Source: an uncultured Chloroflexia bacterium (GTDB lineage Bacteria; Chloroflexota; Limnocylindria; Limnocylindrales; CSP1-4). From it: 64,000 nt of DNA. The position numbers were made by a program, and so were the translations under genes. This document shows positions 61,720-64,000 of the stretch, piece by piece. Where the stretch lies: NCBI GenBank assembly GCA_963707215.1, contig CAVPPB010000003.1:736001-800000 (forward strand), read 5' to 3'. The notes under the pieces were generated by a model, which was given only the letters and a program-made list of their open reading frames with translations, had not been told where the DNA came from and did not search any database. Each line of letters begins with the position of its first letter. Position 1 is the first letter of the stretch.

Positions 61720-61776
61720 GTGCCCAGGCTTAGCCGTCACTGAGCGGCAGAGCTAGGCCCCCTCACCATCCGACCC

Positions 61777-62052
61777 TTGACGATCGAGGCCCGATCCGAT
61801 CAGGCTGCGATCGTGCGATACGAGCTCGAGATCCGGTTGGCGGTCAACGACGCGATGGCGCCGACGCCTGAGCGCGCCACGACGTCGATGCGCTTCAATC
61901 TCGGCCGCGGCGCTCGGCCTATCCCCACCGATCTCGCCCGCATCGAGAACGACGTCCACAACGCGATCCTCGACCTGCTGAGCAAGCGCCGGACCTTCGA
62001 GCTGCCGCAGGTCGATGGATGCGGCGTCATGGACTCGGACGCCAATCGCTAG
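61777..62052 (+). CDS. small hypothetical protein
   Basis: ORF with GC3-rich codons and natural composition, convergent on ligD; start uncertain. Confidence 0.45.
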   Translation: MTIEARSDQAAIVRYELEIRLAVNDAMAPTPERATTSMRFNLGRGARPIPTDLARIENDVHNAILDLLSKRRTFELPQVDGCGVMDSDANR

Positions 62053-62069
62053 CGGCGCCCTGCCCCGCC

Positions 62070-64000
62070 CTAGCCCAGCTTCGGCAGGACCTGCAGGTCC
62101 GTCTGCGCTCCGGCGAACAGGTCGCCCAGCTCGGCGACCCGGGCCGGCAGCGTCCGGATCGTCCAGGCGTCGGGTCGCAGCGTAGCGTCGTCCAGCTCGT
62201 CCCAGGCGATCGGGGCCGAGACGGGCGCCCCGGGCCGAGGCCGCACGGCGTACGGCGCGGCGAGCGTCTTGATCGGCACGTTCTGGGTGAAGTCGAGGCG
62301 AGCCCGACCCTCGCGCCGATCCTTGGCCCACTCCCAGCTGACCAGGTCCGGCACGATCGCCGCCGACGGCCCGCGAGAGCCCCTCGACCCAGGCGCTCGT
62401 TTCCTCGAACGTGTAGCGGGGCTCGATCGGCACCCAGATGTGGACGCCCCGCCCGCCGGTGAGCTTGGGGTAGCCGCGCACACCCAGATGCTCCAGGGCG
62501 GTCCGGAAGAGCCGCGCCAGGACCAGCGTTTCCTCCCAGGTCGTCCGTTCGCCGGGGTCGATGTCGATGAGCGCAAAGGTCGGCGTGAACGGCGCCTCGA
62601 GGCGACCGGTCCAGGCGTGGATCTCGAAGGCTGCCTGGTTGCCGAGCCAGCACAGCGTCGCCGTCCGATCCGCCACCAGGTGCTCGTTGGCGTCGCGCCG
62701 CTCGACCCCGACCTCGCGCCACCGCCGCAGCCACGTGGGATCCGTCGGGCGGAGGGCCTTCTGCCAGAAGCCGGGCTTCTGGGCGCCGTCGGGGAAGCGC
62801 TGGAGGTTGAGTGGCCGGTCGGCCAGGTGCGGCAGCATCGCCGGACCGATCCTGGCGAAGTAGCCGATGAGCTCGCGCTTGGTGATGGGGGGCTCGGGTC
62901 GGGCGCCCTCCTTGGAGCCCTGCACCCCCGGGCGCCCCGGGAACAGCACCTTGTCGAGGTTCGTCAGCTTCAGCTCCTGGCCCCCGACGACCCAGCGCCC
63001 TTCCCGCCCCAGCGCGTCGAGGGCAGCCAGCTCGTCCGACGTGGCAGCCGCCCACTCCGCGTGCTCGGCAGCCATAGGTCGGGCGGTGGGGCGCGACCGC
63101 GATGGTGACTCGGTCGGGGCCGGACCAGCCGCAGCCTCGGCATCGGCCGACGCGACCGCCGATGACACCGCCGACTCGCGAACCACGTTCGCCGGCTCCC
63201 GCCCCTCCTCCAGCCCCTTGAAGGCCGCCTGGCGGACGAGACCGTCCCGCGACCAACCTCCGAGCTCGGCACGGATGACGACCCTGGGCTCGACCCAGGT
63301 CACGCCGCGCAGGTCCGCCCGGCGGCCGGGGTCGGGGTCGAACGGGCACCGATCGGTCGCCAGCTCGTCGAGGCGCTCGCGAAGGCGTCGCCGGGATCGC
63401 TCGTCGAAGCCCGAGCCGACCTTGCCGGCGAAGCGCAGCCGCCCCTCCTCCATGACCCCGACGACGACCGCCCCGAGCCCCCTGGCGCTCCCCTCCCCCG
63501 GCGTCCAGCCGGCCACGACGAGCTCCTGGGCCGGTCGGAGCTTGAGCTTGAGCCAGGCGTTCGAGCGCCGCCCCGGCTCGTAGCGGCTTCGGCGTAGCTT
63601 GGCCACGATCCCCTCGAGGCCCTGGCCGGCGGCCGCCCGGTGGAAGGCGACGCCGTCACCGACGACGTGGCCACTGAAGCGGACCCGTCGGCCGTCGGTC
63701 AGCACCGAGCGGAGCAGGCGCTTGCGATCCTCCAGCGGGACCCGGAGCAGCGAGCGGCCGTTGTGGCGGAGCAGGTCGAAGGCCTGGTAGACGAGCGGTG
63801 CCCGGCCCGCCTCCTCGTCGGCCTCGGCGGTCTCCGCGTCGCCTCCCTCCGGTGAGCGCTGGGGGCGCCCGCCGCCGTCCGACCCCCGACCCCACTGGCC
63901 CGGCACCCGCCCGCCGGTCGCCTGGGAGATGCGGGCCTGGAGCAGCGAGAAGTCCGGTCGGCCTTCGGCATCGAGCGCGACCACCTCGCCGTCGAGGATC
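62070..64000 (-). CDS. ligD: LigD NHEJ protein (ligase + primase-polymerase domains), 5'-truncated, with a one-base frameshift near 62360
   Basis: DGEVV, AFDLL, EGIVAK...Y.PG.RS..WLK, G.VGSGF; Pol domain LTNLDKVLFP, RFPDG, DIDP, KLTGGRG.H. C-terminus (LDFTQN, APYAVR, VSAPIAWDEL) is in a shifted frame. Confidence 0.9.

Noticed and set aside
60590-61780. Insertion sequence or prophage
   Set aside because: No transposase/integrase motifs, terminal inverted repeats or target duplications visible.
61753-62360. C-terminal extension of the 743-aa LigD ORF as a novel domain, or programmed frameshifting
   Set aside because: Out-of-frame read-through after a one-base indel; no slippery site.

Overview
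Very GC-rich, gene-dense bacterial chromosome segment. The gene repertoire and many leaderless TANNNT promoters suggest a monoderm such as Chloroflexota or Actinomycetota (inference only). Contents in order: azlC/azlD; a minus-strand operon (M20 carboxypeptidase, RidA, (alpha/alpha)6 glycosidase-like, alpha/beta hydrolase) transcribed divergently from an unusual CphA paralogue that has the N and Mur-ligase domains but no ATP-grasp domain; a cyanophycin operon (cphB-cphA-small membrane protein); a hybrid kinase/NarL pair beside a giant ~2,940-aa MnxG-type multicopper oxidase and its beta-propeller lipoprotein partner; GT87, MFS and a class II amidotransferase; metH and yitJ; lhr-nei with a candidate LexA box; DoxX; an AcuC deacetylase fused to an AcuA-like GNAT; tatA, cutA, Nudix-MBL, GNAT, YyaL; a frameshifted papain-fold gene; GMC oxidase; baeRF; a candidate structured RNA; GT39; csp; an SPFH/RHH operon; a lower-GC, multiply frameshifted HNH nuclease; and a frameshifted, 5'-truncated ligD. 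Best novelty candidates are (1) the expanded cyanophycin locus (G-domain-less CphA plus an M20 peptidase as possible dipeptidase), (2) the membrane-tethered giant MnxG-like oxidase and (3) the AcuC-AcuA fusion. All calls come from motif recognition by eye; no database searches were run.
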